Assembly (NCBI GenBank): GCA_038496445.1
Contig: JALMLS010000323.1
Coordinates: 1-64,000 of the forward strand
Length of the DNA: 64,000 bases
Source: Trichosphaerium sp. ATCC 40318
Taxonomy: Eukaryota; Protista; Tubulinea
Direction: 5' to 3'
Below the pieces are notes generated by a model. It saw only the letters and a program-made list of their open reading frames with translations. It was not told where the DNA came from and made no database searches. Made by a program: the position numbers and the translations under genes. Shown here piece after piece: positions 13,501 through 26,810 of the stretch. Every line of letters starts with the position of its first letter. Positions within the stretch are counted from its first letter, which is position 1.

Positions 13501-15698
13501 AGAAGAGCTGATAAAGCAATGTAAGTTCTTTCACTAACCGAAGAAATGGTGAATTACAACATAATGCCATGTTGAAAAAGCAGCTGCTGGTTTTGGATTT
13601 TCTTCCTCATCTTGGCTTGGTGCTGTCTGTTCTTCTTCTCCATTATCTCTTTTTGAGAAATACTACAAAAGTATCAACAATATAGAACAAAAGAGTTTTG
13701 GAAGATATCATACGTCTTTCAATGCATAGTATAGCACTCGCGTTCTGTACACAGATAAGAATACTATCAATGCCAAAACAAGAACTGGTATATCAATTAA
13801 CCAGTAAAAGAATTGTTTCTTTATTATCTTCCGCATCTCTGCACGTGATTGAGCCTTTTATTTCATCAGCCTTTTTTGGATTCGAATGTGACAATAAACA
13901 CTTACTGCATTCAAACCAGAAATCACATCATGTGCACGCCATACAGTCAATACAACTACTGAACCCATTATAATATAAGGTGTATCTATGATATCAAGAA
14001 ACCACCACCAGAAATGATTCCTTACCACATGATGCCTCGCATGAGCATTTGCAGCCTATTTTTTGAATAAGGATAAGCGGACATATAATAAATTCTCGTA
14101 CCGCCAGAATATCGCGCCACATAAAGAAAGCGCGCCACCCTGTGATTGTAATGATTGCACCCATTAGTATACTAGGACAATCTTCAAGTATCTCCAAGCA
14201 TTCATTCAACACTTGGACATGTGGACTTGAGTGTCTCCAATCCCAAACAGTTTGCTTGATTTAAATATTAGCAGTTCCTTTTGTCGCTGTTATTTACTAC
14301 GCACATGTCTAAGCTTAAAATAAAGGTTTGGTATTCTGTACACAGACAAGATCACTGGCAATAGTAACAGTATTGCCAAAATATCCAAGATTATAAGAGC
14401 AAATTGACCCCAACAGGATCCACGCCACCTTTCTGGCTAAAAAGTACTTTAAACTTTTGTGAACAAAACGTCATACAACGTACAGTTAAATAAATTCGCC
14501 ACACTGCGTATGGTGCACGATAGATAGTGCATGCAACGACTATTCCCATAGCTAGGAAAAACCAATCGCGGATAGCAAGAACAGCTTCTTTGATTACAAA
14601 GACGTTGACGTTTGGATCCCAAGATATAGCGAGATACCGCATGATCTAACAATTAGTCAGACACAAACATTGCTTCACACAAAAGATACCCAACGTACCT
14701 GACTTTTATTTGGTGTTTTGATTCTTTTTTCAATTGTTGAGAACACGATAGGAATCCTCCAAGGTGCCACTACCAATAGAGGTAAAAAAGGTATCGTAAA
14801 AAAATTGAGAAGTGTCAATCCAAAATGGACTGCAATCTCTTCTCTCCATGATTTATGGTAGCGATGAAACAGAGATAATATCATATGTGGTGCCCTAAGA
14901 TGCAATAAGTTCTTTAATTTGTACACTCTCAACCGTTATACCTGACAACACCAGCAATTGAAGCCAGAACAAGTAGAAAAAAGATCAAGTCATTTTTAGC
15001 TTCGAGCACGTGATACGTAAAACTCCCATTTCCAGTACTAAAAGTCTGTCAGTCATTATCTTTTTTATTCTCATCTTCTTGTCGTACAAGGACACAACCG
15101 GTGCGATTCTGTTGAGCAGATCGTCTTTCCTCCAAGAAGCCAATCCATTAAAAAATATGCCTTTGCGCATGTCAGTACATAATTTGTGGCGTTCTGGTTG
15201 TCAGAGTTGATATAACGTACCAAGTGAGAGCGCCAGCAGGAGCCACTGCGTCATGAGTGGTGTGACTAATGTATTTTGCCACGATGCTATGTATAGAAGC
15301 GCCTGGGAGGATACTATATACACAGACGCCGTAGCTACAATTGGCACAAGACAAACACCAATCAAACGTGGCACCCACCAAAATAAATACAAATAAGGGT
15401 TGACAGGCCCTGTAACAATATATTTAGAGTAATACGCGAACATTGAGCAATTACCATCCTGTTTAAAGCAATTTTGACCCATAATCCACTACGCAAGCGT
15501 GTTATACTCTAAAACGTTCCTAATACGCACCCATGATATCTGAAGAACGGTTTGAGTTGGCAAAGCGGGCAATGCACACAAAAAACCAAATAACCGTAAA
15601 GACCAACGTATAACTGCTAAAACGAGCGGTTCATCATCCTCGCCCTGTAAATGTAAACATCAAGCTTCTTAGATGATATCACTTACACTGACGTTCAT
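10561..15698 (-). CDS. Large polytopic membrane protein with tandem hydrophobic D-x-P...[WY]R-x-P repeats and a soluble C-terminal domain
   Basis: Many exons with recurring units, e.g. DVPCFLLASIMILTLWRIP, DTPYVALAIVTIPFVYRLP, DCPSILMGAIITITGWRAF, VVAPWRIP. Start MNVS at 15698; ends ...KINTD* at 10561. Confidence 0.7.
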
Positions 15699-15833
15699 GT
15701 GTCACTATTCTAAGCAATACAACAAGTCTGTTGTTTGTTTGGCGAGTTTCTCAAGCTCAGTTTTGATGTTACAAGTTTTTTATTTCAACAACTAGCACTT
15801 AGGTCGTGATTTCACTGAACGCTTTCACGTTTT

Positions 15834-17879
15834 TTAAATTGAGTCTGTGTCTTCTGGCCAATCTTGCATGCTTTTTATCATGTTTTCTTTCTCCTTTGAA
15901 GACTTTTTGGATAGACTACCCATTAGAAAACACAAAAAAAAAAAATGTTATTGTAAAAAAAATACCTGTAGAACAGTATCGATGATAACATGATGCACAA
16001 CAAGTATAATATAGCAAAGGAAATGAAAACAGCCCATGTACGGTATTGTGTTAACTCATAGATCTAAAGTACATAAGTAATTTCTTCCATAGTGACACGT
16101 GTCATACGTGTATTGCGTAAAGTGGTCCAAGAATTCTGGATACCGAACCAGAAGAGACAAATATTCCCATCATTAGTCCTTGCTTTGGTGCTAACAATAC
16201 TAAGTAGTTGCAACGTTGCATGTTCTTGTTTACCTTGTAGTAATTGAGCGTATATGACATTTAATGCTAACCGGCCAAGAGGAAAACCAACGTTTACTAA
16301 GAAGAACCCAACACACATTTGATATATACTCAATACCTTTGATGGATCGTGACATATTGCTGGACATACGTGGCAACTTCCAAAATATCCTACATCTCGT
16401 GTTTAGACGACGTACAATACCAACAATCACTTGCCGTTCTGATTCCACACGCAATTCGGTTGAGCTTGACAAAGTAATCCTGTTGTGTTGTAAACATCGA
16501 GACAGTCTGCCGTGGCTGAAGTCTTGAACGAACACGTAAAGTCGTTACACGCATCAGCACCGTTAGTGAAGGTTTGAAAATCCACCATTATAAGACAGCC
16601 TGCAAAGCATAGAATTGCGGCAATTACCATCTGATATTTAGAAGTAACATATTTCCCTACAACAAGCACACTAACAAACGCCAAAAAGTTACCAACTCCA
16701 GCAAGAACCTAAAAGCACCTCCTTAAAAACGTGATAGTGTAACAAAAACTTACGTAAATAAGAGACGTGTTGGAGATGCTAATGCCAAACTGATCTTCCA
16801 TGAGTGGAGTTGCCATCACCTCTACTACAGTGAAACCCATAGAAACAGCAAAAAAGCAAAAAATGAGGGAGCACACAATCTAAAGAGCAAAATTAAGAAT
16901 CTCAATAAATTCTTAGGCATTAAACTCACCCAAACTGGTTGTCCATTTGTATTCCATAGCACTTGTTTTTCTTTCTCATCATTCGTTGGATTTTGAACTA
17001 TGATTATGAGACACTAAAAGATCTTGGTTCAGTACTGAGTGGCTCTGTATTGGCCTTAAAGATAGTGGACTTCTTGAACGGTGTGATGATGAGGAATAAA
17101 ATACCCAACAGACAGAGAGCAGATGAGATATATGCCGGTGCTGAATACTTGTCAAATCTATTTTGTGCAATTTAATATTACAACACTCTTGATAGATAAC
17201 CTTACTCACCTAAAGTACGGCGAGGCTGACTTTAACGAGGGTAACTTATTGAGTTGACCTCCAACAATTGGTGATAGCCCAACAGAGGAAATGACACACA
17301 ACCCAACGATTGTCATGCATGTCTGGATAGATTCCTTTGGAATATGTGCCATGACGTATGTACGCAATACAGTATGGACAAACCCTTGTTGCTAACAGTA
17401 AGACAAATACATGTCTACAAGTAGTGTTACCTGAGTTTAAACCGACGATGAATCTGGAGACCAAAAACATCCAAGCATGTGTGGCAATGGCGTATCCAAA
17501 ATTTCCAACAGCACCAAAAAAGTACGCTAGTATAAAAAGTACCTTGACAGAAAGCCATCTGCGTGATGGTAAGCTACAGCGACGGTTTTGAAGGTACCTG
17601 TCAAGAGGACCACTGACGATGCTTCCAATAAGTTGTCCTATACTCCATACAGTAATAGCAAGCGCATATAGTGAAGGAGAGCCGCCTAGCTGGAAAACGT
17701 TTACGAAAAATAAAGGTTATTTTACATACGCCCTTAGGTTCAAACTGTGGAGGCGATTCTACGAATGCACGCATAGACGGTAAAACAATCGCGTATTGTA
17801 AACCAATAACTGACCCCAGGTAACAAAGGAGAATAAATGCGCGAACATCAAGCCCGTTACAGAATCTAAAACATGCCAT
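15834..17879 (-). CDS. Major facilitator superfamily transporter, MFSD8/CLN7-like
   Basis: LQYAIVLPSM, MFLVSRFIVGLNSG and GFPLGRLALNVIYAQLL motifs; multiple TM exons. Confidence 0.8.
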
Positions 17880-18212
17880 GTGCGCTCGCAAGCTGTGAAT
17901 TGTTTTTTAAATGCTTTGTTAAGCGTCGTTGCTACAATTCAAATTTCAGCAATAAAACATGGTTGCATGGAGTTCTCTACGCGTAGGATATAACGAAAAA
18001 GCTTGTTTAGCCCGGTTTAGCACAATTTCATCTATACATGTTTGTAGTACATGTGTACTGGTTTGCTGTTTAATCTCTATACGCTAATTCGTGATTCTTA
18101 CGAGTTTGTGTATCTTTCTGTGACTAGGCAAAAAATGACGTGTCTGCAAGAAATTTCGTATTTTTATAGCATACGTGGCATAAACACAAGCAACACCGTT
18201 GATCACGACACT

Positions 18213-19438
18213 ATGGCTAAAATACAGTATAACCTGAGTGTTTTGATACTCACGTTGTGTGTATTAGCAACTCTATCTACAGACAGCGCAGAAGTATCCT
18301 ACATATCTTCTACTCGCAAAATAGATGGTGTAACGTACGAATACGTTTATAATAATGGTACATAGCGATTTGCGTCACTTCAATCGCTCATTGCATGCGT
18401 AGGAGAAGAGGTGCTGCAAGTACGGGGTAAATTGCGCTCTGATTTTAATAAAATGGAAGTTTTGCTTAGCTTTCGCAACGAACTCGGTACATATTACAAT
18501 TCCAAACATAGCTAGCCCAAAACAGTATAATTACCGAAAAAATTACATACTAAAGCACAAATAGGCATTGAGGCTGTCAAGTCGCCAACGCCCAAAGAAC
18601 CAGATGAAGAACAAAGAAGAACGGGAGAAAAAGGCTTCTTTAACTCGTTGCTTGATAGCAGCTCGTACTTTTTATCAAACGTCAAAATGTACTATTCCTC
18701 TCTTCAACGACACGACTCTCAAGTACGGAATAACAAAGATTACGTAATGTATTTTAACTAATTTAATTCTAGAACCGTTTGAACGAAGCGCAAGCAGAAA
18801 AGGAGCTTATTGAGGCAGATTTATCCAAAGTAGAAACACAACTACAAATTTTATTTAAACGACAAGCTGAGCTTGGTAAATACATAAAGCAGAGTCTTGC
18901 ACAGGTACCTTTTTTTTTTTTTGCCTGTCAAAGAAATTTGAAATGATTCGATTTCTTACGCTGTCGTAGACTACTGAAGAGCGTAACCCTACAGTTGAAG
19001 AGCTAGTGATTAATGAAGGTATGTTATCAAAGACACTATACGTAACTTATGCGACCTGCAGATGATAGACTCGCATTGCTTTACGATCGATTGCGAAGAA
19101 TTAAGAAGAAACTTACAAAACAAAAGAATGAAATATCTCAGTTTATTCGTGTTCAAGGTATGTGCTACACTTTATTTTTATTGTGTATATGAATCAATAT
19201 CTGGATTCTAAGTTTTATAAGTTTCGAGGGCTGTTCCATTGCCCCTGCTCGCTGCATTAAAATACACATGATCCTATTCAAAGAAGTAGACTAAACTTAG
19301 TATACAGAATCGCCAATAGGATTACACAGACGAGATTTGAAAGAACGTATCTCTGAAGACGACGCGGAAGAGTTTCATGTCTTTCATTCGGGCACGACTT
19401 ACGGACACGAAGATAGCGAAGAACAAACTGTACTTTAA
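18213..19438 (+). CDS. Secreted coiled-coil hypothetical protein
   Basis: MAKIQYNLSVLILTLCVLATLSTDS signal peptide; heptad-rich exons (EKELIEADLSKVETQLQILFKRQAEL); ends EEQTVL*. Confidence 0.6.
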
Positions 19439-19765
19439 ATAAATAAACAAAATGACGCATTTGACACATTGCATTTTCGAAGACACCTTTGTTTACTTTG
19501 TGACTGCAAGTGTGCGTCAGAAATAGGTGGTTTTAATATCACTATCAAATAATATCGAATCCTAGAGACTATTCTGTGGGTAATGGAGAATAAACACTCT
19601 GGGGGGTATACCAACAGAGCAACGTTATAATCTGAGCGTTGTGCGGTCGTTAATGGCTGACTTTTTGAAACTTACACCGATTTTTCACGACAAACTTACG
19701 CAGCAAATTATTTTTGACCAGAAACCCAAAACTTTCGAGTTCAAGCACCAAAGTATAATCACAAC

Positions 19766-20543
19766 ATGTCTACCCACTTTTTAGATGATATCAACCCTTA
19801 TGTATGGGCTGGCGTAGGTGTTGGCATAGCCATCGCTCTATCTGTCGTAGGAGCTGCTTGGTACGTTATATTTTAGTGTTGCGACTACGTTCCGCCTTGC
19901 TGATTATTATTAAAGGGGTATTTTTCTAACAGGCGTATCCATTCTCGGTGCTGGTGTTAGAGTGCCAAGAATTAGAACAAAGAATCTTATTAGGTAACTT
20001 GATCAGCTTCTTCTCACCTAAATGTCTCACTTTTTGCTCCTAGTGTTATATTTTGCGAAGCAGTGGCGATATACGGAATTATTATGGCCATTGTATTCTC
20101 AACCAAGATGAAGTCTGTCGACCATCAGGCAGGAACGTATCCAAACGATTTTTTCGCTGGAATGGGCCTCTTCTGGGCTGGTACTACAGTTGGCATTTGT
20201 AACTTGGCTTGTGGGTACGTGTATTTACGTTTCGCGTCTAAACAGGTGTATTTGACGTGTCATATAATTTTTTTTAATCAATGCACTACGCTACAAAAAT
20301 GCCACTGCAACACGAGCGCCATATTTTTCTTACGAAACAACACCAATTAAATTTATTATCCTCTAACGTCCTTCTAGTATTTCTGTAGGCATTGCTGGAA
20401 GTTCTGCAGCTCTCGCTGATGCCGCTAACCCAACCTTGTTTGTAAAGATTCTTGTAGTAGAAATCTTCGCGAGTGCTCTTGGTCTATTTGGCGTAATCGT
20501 TGGAATTATTATGAGCGCCAACGCCACTTTTAGCGACAAGTAA
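19766..20543 (+). CDS. ATP6V0B: V-type ATPase 21 kDa proteolipid subunit c''
   Basis: [25 protein letters not shown]...[21 protein letters not shown]...[23 protein letters not shown]; 4 exons. Confidence 0.96.
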
Positions 20544-20786
20544 ATCCATCTGATCATCACAACAGTGTAAAAAAAAAAAATGCTTTAAAATTTTAAACTG
20601 ACTTGTTCTTCATGCGAGTTTGTTTGTATGCTATTGTAGTACAAGCGCACGTTGCGTACTATTTTTTTTGAAAGAGTAGATGTCAAAATAGTTCAAAGTA
20701 GTTTGTATTCCAAGCATTCACCTTGGCAACGCGTCAATAGTTGCCGCAACAATCTCTTTACTCCTACAACACCATTAGTGCCAAGA

Positions 20787-23700
20787 ATGTCAGCGCCTGA
20801 TTTATTTAGGTACCTCTCTAAAAGTATTATGTTTTGTATACTCTAACATTCGCGCAGCGTGCTTAGGATATGTTTGAATCCCGCCAGTGCACCAGCGGAC
20901 CGTAAACGAGTTGAACAACAGCTATTGGTGTGGGAGGCTCAACCAGGATTCGTTCCAAGCCTTTTGGTGCGTACTGGCGCTTTTCGTTTGATTTTTTCCT
21001 TGCATTACGTTTAGCGTTACCACTTTGCGTAACTAACGTTGTTTAAGCAAATTGTTACGCAAAATTCTGAACGCTCTCTTCAAATGTTAGCTCTTCTTGA
21101 GATAACAAACACTGTAAGACGCCAATGGGTAAAACGAAGAAAATCGCAGTACGTCATTTACAGAATTATATTTTTCTTTGATTCTTCTAAACTCCGACTA
21201 GAGGTGGTATGTCTGATGAAGATAAGAACGTACTAAAGAGCACTCTCTTTAAATTTTTTGAGGTAACGCAAAAAAAAAAATGTCTCTTGAAATAGAACCT
21301 CACCAATCACTCTAGATTGAAGATAATGTTCTTGCAAAAAATGTGGCTACTATTATATCTTTGATAGCATCGCATGACTACCCTACACGCTGGTACAAAG
21401 CCACACGCTTTTTTTTTTCTTTTTTCAAAAAAATTGCCTGTTTTCCCTTCTGTTAACGATTATTGGAAGGCCATCACTACTTACGGATTTACAACGATGT
21501 ATTCAAGCTCCCTCAGGGAAAAACACACGCCGTAGAGCACTATTATCTCTATATTATACTGTAAAAGTGATGAAGCAAAGTAGAAGCCCAATGTCCAGAA
21601 GACGCTTACAAGAAGTATGACAACACTAGAAAACACTACCAATGATTTTTTAAATAATTTATTTCCCAGGTTGGCGCTACTATTTTTGAATTCGTTGTTG
21701 GGCTATGGAAACAAAGCGTAGAGGCTTTACTTGGTATCCAAGCTGATTTTGCAAAGGGCAAAGCAGGTATGTTAAAAAAACTTCAATCATAAACCTCAGA
21801 TTGATGTTTTCTTGTTTAGTTGATTGGAATTCAGCACAATTGACAGAGACTGTTGAGGTTGGTAAGATAACCTCACAGATACTATTATCGATTGTTACAT
21901 ATGCTCTACGCGATTACGCTAATAACCCTACTGTAAATACATTTCTAAACATGCTTGTTGCTCGCTTTCAAGATTGTGTCACATGCCGTACGTCATTTTT
22001 TTTGTTGTTGTTTGATTTTTGTTTTTCTTGTTCTTAACATTATGTTTCTATCAGGTAATCAAGTCCCAATGAATCCATACACACCTGCTATAGAAAATCT
22101 TATTAAAAACTTTGGTAAATTGATGACAGGAGCATACAAAACTCAACCACAGTCTTGGATACAACAAGTTCCTACATACATGCAATTTTGCTTTAATCAC
22201 GTTCACAACTTTGAGGCTAATGCCCATATGCCTTTATTCCAAATACATTGTATGCAATTCATCAAGAGTATAATTGATCCTGCTTGCGTACGAGATGGTA
22301 CACCTACTGCTGGTGTTGTAGGTCAATTTTTTGATGGAGCAAAAATCAAACAATTGGTTGAGGATTTGATTCTTAAATACTTTGCATTCACTCAAACAGA
22401 TTTGGAACAATGGAAAGATGAACCACTACAGTTTGTATTAGAGGCTGAAACGGCTCCTGATACGATGAATCGCCGGGTATGTGATAAAAGATTTAAACAA
22501 ATGGCGTAGCCTATTTTTATTGATAATTGAAATTAAACTAACTTTTTCTTTGATAGGCTTGTGCGGAAAACCTCTATCTTTATGTTATTCAAAAATTTAA
22601 ACTTGTTGTTGCCCCATATGTAATGTCCATTCTACAAAGTACGTACAAAGTGATCATTGGTTTGTTGTCTGTTAATGTTATATTATAGACAATGGACTTA
22701 AACTGGCTACTACGATGCAAGAAACGCTTCAAAAAGATGCTATATATATGGCTATTGGTGATTCTTGTTATGAGCTTGAACAGTTTCAGTTTATCCGTTG
22801 GTATACAACAAACCTCACTAATGAATTGAAGCAACAAATGCCAGGGTAAGCTAATGTCAATTGGCTTTTTTAAATTATCTAACGTTTCAATTTAAGGCAT
22901 GTTATTATAAAACGGCGTATTGCTTGGTTGATGGGCAAATGGGTATCATCAAGAACAGTACCCAATGAGAATAGGTATGCAATAACAAATTCATACGGGT
23001 GGAGAGGCTAAACGTTCATTAGGGGTATGTTGTACACTGATATTCTCGGATTACTTCGCGACAACGACAATGTAGTTGCGTTCACAGCAGTTCTGGCACT
23101 ACGTAATGGTACGTACATGTCTGCTTTATTGATAAAAAGACCATGCTGATTTGTTTACTTGTTAGTTATTGCTGGAGAGTCGGACTTTGCGCCAGAGTAC
23201 TTGGTTCCTTATCTAGGAGATATCTTGGGTGCTCTATTTAATTTGTTTACAAAAGCAAATTCTGAACCAGATATGCTTCCAAAACTTCTTGATTGCATTA
23301 AAGAAATCATTGAAGCCACTTCTGACAAGGTAAGTTGTAAAATATGCAATCACTGCGATTGCACGTGGGTGGACAAACATTGACACGTTTCTTAGATTCG
23401 ACCTTTCACTGAACAAATAATTTCATTGGCAAGTAAATTATGGGATACCGCTGATGTACCTCACTTGAAGCTTTATATTATACGTACATTGAGCTCTCTT
23501 GCAAAGGTAAATAAGTGAATTGAATCAAAATATCTATAGTACAAGTGGCTAAATGTGATAAATAGATGCTTGGTGATTGTAAAAATTATTTCCAATATTT
23601 TGCTCCTGTTGTACAGTACGCAACATCTATTCAACAGCCTGATAGTCTATACCTTCTTGAAGAAGGGTTACAATTTTGGAAGATTATAAGTACGTCATGA

Positions 23701-25361
23701 AGAGCTATTGAGCTCAAAACATGTTTTTTTTTCACTCACCGTCATTTATAGTGGATAACGTTACTGCTTTGACAGAACATATGGTCAAGGTATATCCTAA
23801 CGTTACTGCAATAATGGCAAGGAACACTGATAGAACATTGGATTGTATGCCTATCATCGAGAAATATATTTTACTCGGGCAACAATCAACGTTTGTACAG
23901 GTACACGCGCGCCCACTAGTTTTTGATTCAAGAAAATCGCGGATGGATTCGTGTCGCTCACGCTATTAAACCATGGCGCGAGTGACTGCTATTCCTTTTT
24001 TATGTGTAGCACACAATATTGTCAATTACTAACTATTTTGTAAAGCAATTTATTGGAGATATTGCGGCTTCTATTGCAGCTCCTATTGGACGCATCGCTG
24101 GTCGTCATATCAATACAGTCCTTCGCCCAGCATTTATCTTACTCCTGGCATACCCTCAAGCTGCACCTAGTGCTCTATCACCAGTGCTACAAAAAGCCCT
24201 TATGCAAACACTCAATCCAACACCTGTACGCAAAAAAAAACACCATAGAAGAAGCCACGTGGTTGAAATCCTTGGGTTTTTTTTTTAATTTTCTTCTTAG
24301 GGAAGTGGATACGATCTTGAAGTTACAGAGTATTTGACATTATTCGCTAATGTGTGCTTGCGCAGTCCACAAGATTTTCTTAATTTTTTTACTGCAATGA
24401 CTACTCATCCAGCGAATACAACTAAACAAAACTTGCTTCTACCATTCTTGAAATGTTGGACTGTGAAAGTGAGTCAAAGCGTTTTATCAAAAAAATCAAG
24501 TCTTATTTCAAATGTTGAGACGAAAGAGCCAAACAGATCGCTTTGTGAGTTGATTTATCTTACATTTTTTTAGATGGACGATATTCCTAAGTTTATGAAT
24601 AAACGTTTGAATGCAATGGGCGTACTCAGCTTAATAAAAATGGATGTACTATTGAGTAAGTGTGCTTTTTTTTTTGAAAAGTATTGAAATGGTTTTACTG
24701 ACGTATTCTTTTCAGGTAATCCTGTGGCTGTAAAATGTCTTGCAGATGCATTTGGTACAATTGGTGGTGTCCTAGCAGACGAAGTTCAGGTAAACAAGCT
24801 AAATTAAAGTACAAAATGTTAATACTTATGGTGTATTTAGAGTGACACACTATCTAAAAAATCATATTTTCCTGTACGTATCACGTGGTTTTTTTTCTTC
24901 AAAGTCAATTTTTTCTATTATGTGTTGAAGTGTGACGGAAGTATGCAAGTGTTTTCTCGCCACACCATTGATAAGTAACCACATAACTTCCCTCTTTGAG
25001 CGCCAGCGTGCTATAACCCACATCCGGCGACTGAGGACTCATTTGTTGGTGGTGTAGGAGAAAAAGCAGTTCCATCATACTTCCAGCTTTTCTCCATTCC
25101 CGTGTCGTGTCACAAGGCTGATTTTTTTGTTGATAGGTTGAGGATATTGATTTCAATGATATTAACAAAGTTACCGCTCAAGTGCGGTACCACTTTTTAG
25201 TTCATAAAGATCCTTTATTGAAAGCAACATTGAGAGAAGTCATGTCTTCTACTTTGAATAGTGTACAAGCTACAAATCCAAAAGGTTTCGAGATATTGAA
25301 ACAACATATTAACCCAATAATACTTGGTGAGATTCAAAAATACTTGTCTGGAGAAGTGTGA
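20787..25361 (+). CDS. IPO11: Importin-11 (Kap120)-like karyopherin beta
   Basis: IBN_N-like start (RKRVEQQLLVWEAQPGF); IASHDYPTRWP, QWKDEPLQFV, ACAENLY, KDAIYMAIG and IIKRRIAWLMGKW motifs typical of importin-11; more than 20 introns. Confidence 0.8.
24931..25114 (-). ncRNA. Candidate rod-like structured RNA inside an importin-11 intron
   Basis: Nested inverted repeats tgtgac/gtcaca, ggaagtatg/catacttcc, ttttctc/gagaaaa, acacca/tggtgt, cctc/gagg, cgcc/ggcg. Several plus-strand A-C mismatches become G-U pairs on the minus strand. Confidence 0.35.
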
Positions 25362-25599
25362 TATCAATCAATGGCTGAAGAAATAAAATCAAAAAAAAAA
25401 AACTAAATTTCGAGCACAAAAAAAAAAAAGAAGCTTGAAGTTGTACACAATGTAAACCAATGAAAAAATATTTTCATCACCAAAAAACTCCTATCTTTTA
25501 AAAGGCAATGAATGTTTAATGTTTTGGTCAAGAATAAAAAATGGCCTTGTACCTTTTAATTTGGAATCAATGCGGTTTAGTTTCTTATTGCAACCTCTG

Positions 25600-26486
25600 T
25601 CAGTGGTCTATCCGTTTTGGATCTTTGTGTTTACATTCTTGCAATAACATTTCTAGGTGTTCATCTTTTATACCAAATGTTGATAAAGCCGTTACAGTGT
25701 TATTCAAATAATCATAATTTGTTCCTATTGTCCCCTTTTTTTTTGTTACAATTGATTTTACTTGCTTTCAAGTATTATGACGTACTGAGGAATTATTGAT
25801 TATGGATACTTGCTTTTCTAAACTAAGGGTACCGGCCCATTGATTACATCCAACTATCGGAATAAAACAAAGGGCTTGGACAGACCGAATCTAAACACAA
25901 AGTTTACATTGTCTTGTCAATCATATAACATCAAATCCATCACACTAATACCTCAGTTTCCTCTCCTACTATTGTCACAGACACTACATCTGCTGTATAA
26001 TTTATTTGAGGAGTATTTTCCCGTTGCTGAAGCTGTTCATAGATACTATCATATTTTTCTCTGAAAGTGAGACAAAGACGTTAGATTTTCTGAGTTTTGT
26101 TGCATCTCATTTGTAAACTCTTACTTTGCAACTCGAAATACTACTCCCTCTGTGTCGTCGCTTGATTTTTCTAGACCTAGAACCAAACCAGGATCATCTT
26201 ACAAGACGGTTAACTATACGTCACACCATTTCTTTTTTTTTTGATTACTTGGGTTTCCTCGTGCTCTGTAACTGTACATACACATTGTACGCTTGTATCT
26301 ATAGAAAACGACCGATTAGTATCACGCTGGGTTCGAGGCTGTTCAAAGTCCCGTTTTACGCTTACCCTTGCAGTGTAGCTTTGTGTTTCTCTATGTAATC
26401 AAAGTTTGGGCTCCATATTACGCTGCCTGTGGCTTGTTAGCTTCTTATATGCGCTACATGGTACCGTAGCCAAAGATCCACTCCAT
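25600..26486 (-). CDS. chaC: ChaC-family glutathione-specific gamma-glutamylcyclotransferase
   Basis: Spliced MEWIFGYGSVIWSPNF...GYKRTMCMYSYRARGNP..DPGLVLGLE...EGVVFRV; missed by the ORF track. Confidence 0.9.
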
Positions 26487-26810
26487 GGTAACCCTTTTAT
26501 TACCAGTTTGTGCGAATTCGTTTAAACATAGCGACTGAACTTATTTAACGGCAAAAAGATACGCGGAGCGAGCACGTACGTGTTAAAGAACGCGAATACC
26601 GCGTATTCGCACCCGGAACATGTTTATCGTTAACAATTTTTTTCCAAACTTCTCCAAAGTTTTGTTTAAGAGTACCCAACGCGTATTCGATAATTATAAA
26701 GCGCGATACAAACTCTACAAAATTTCAGAAGCACAAAACCTCGATCTTTTGTTTGCAATATTACGCTTTTTTCATTGTGTAACATGATTATTTAGTACGC
26801 GTAATGAAAT

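Noticed and set aside
24931-25114. TPP riboswitch, SRP RNA or box C/D snoRNA identity for the intronic hairpin
   Set aside because: Diagnostic motifs are not convincingly present in the correct arrangement, so it is left unassigned.
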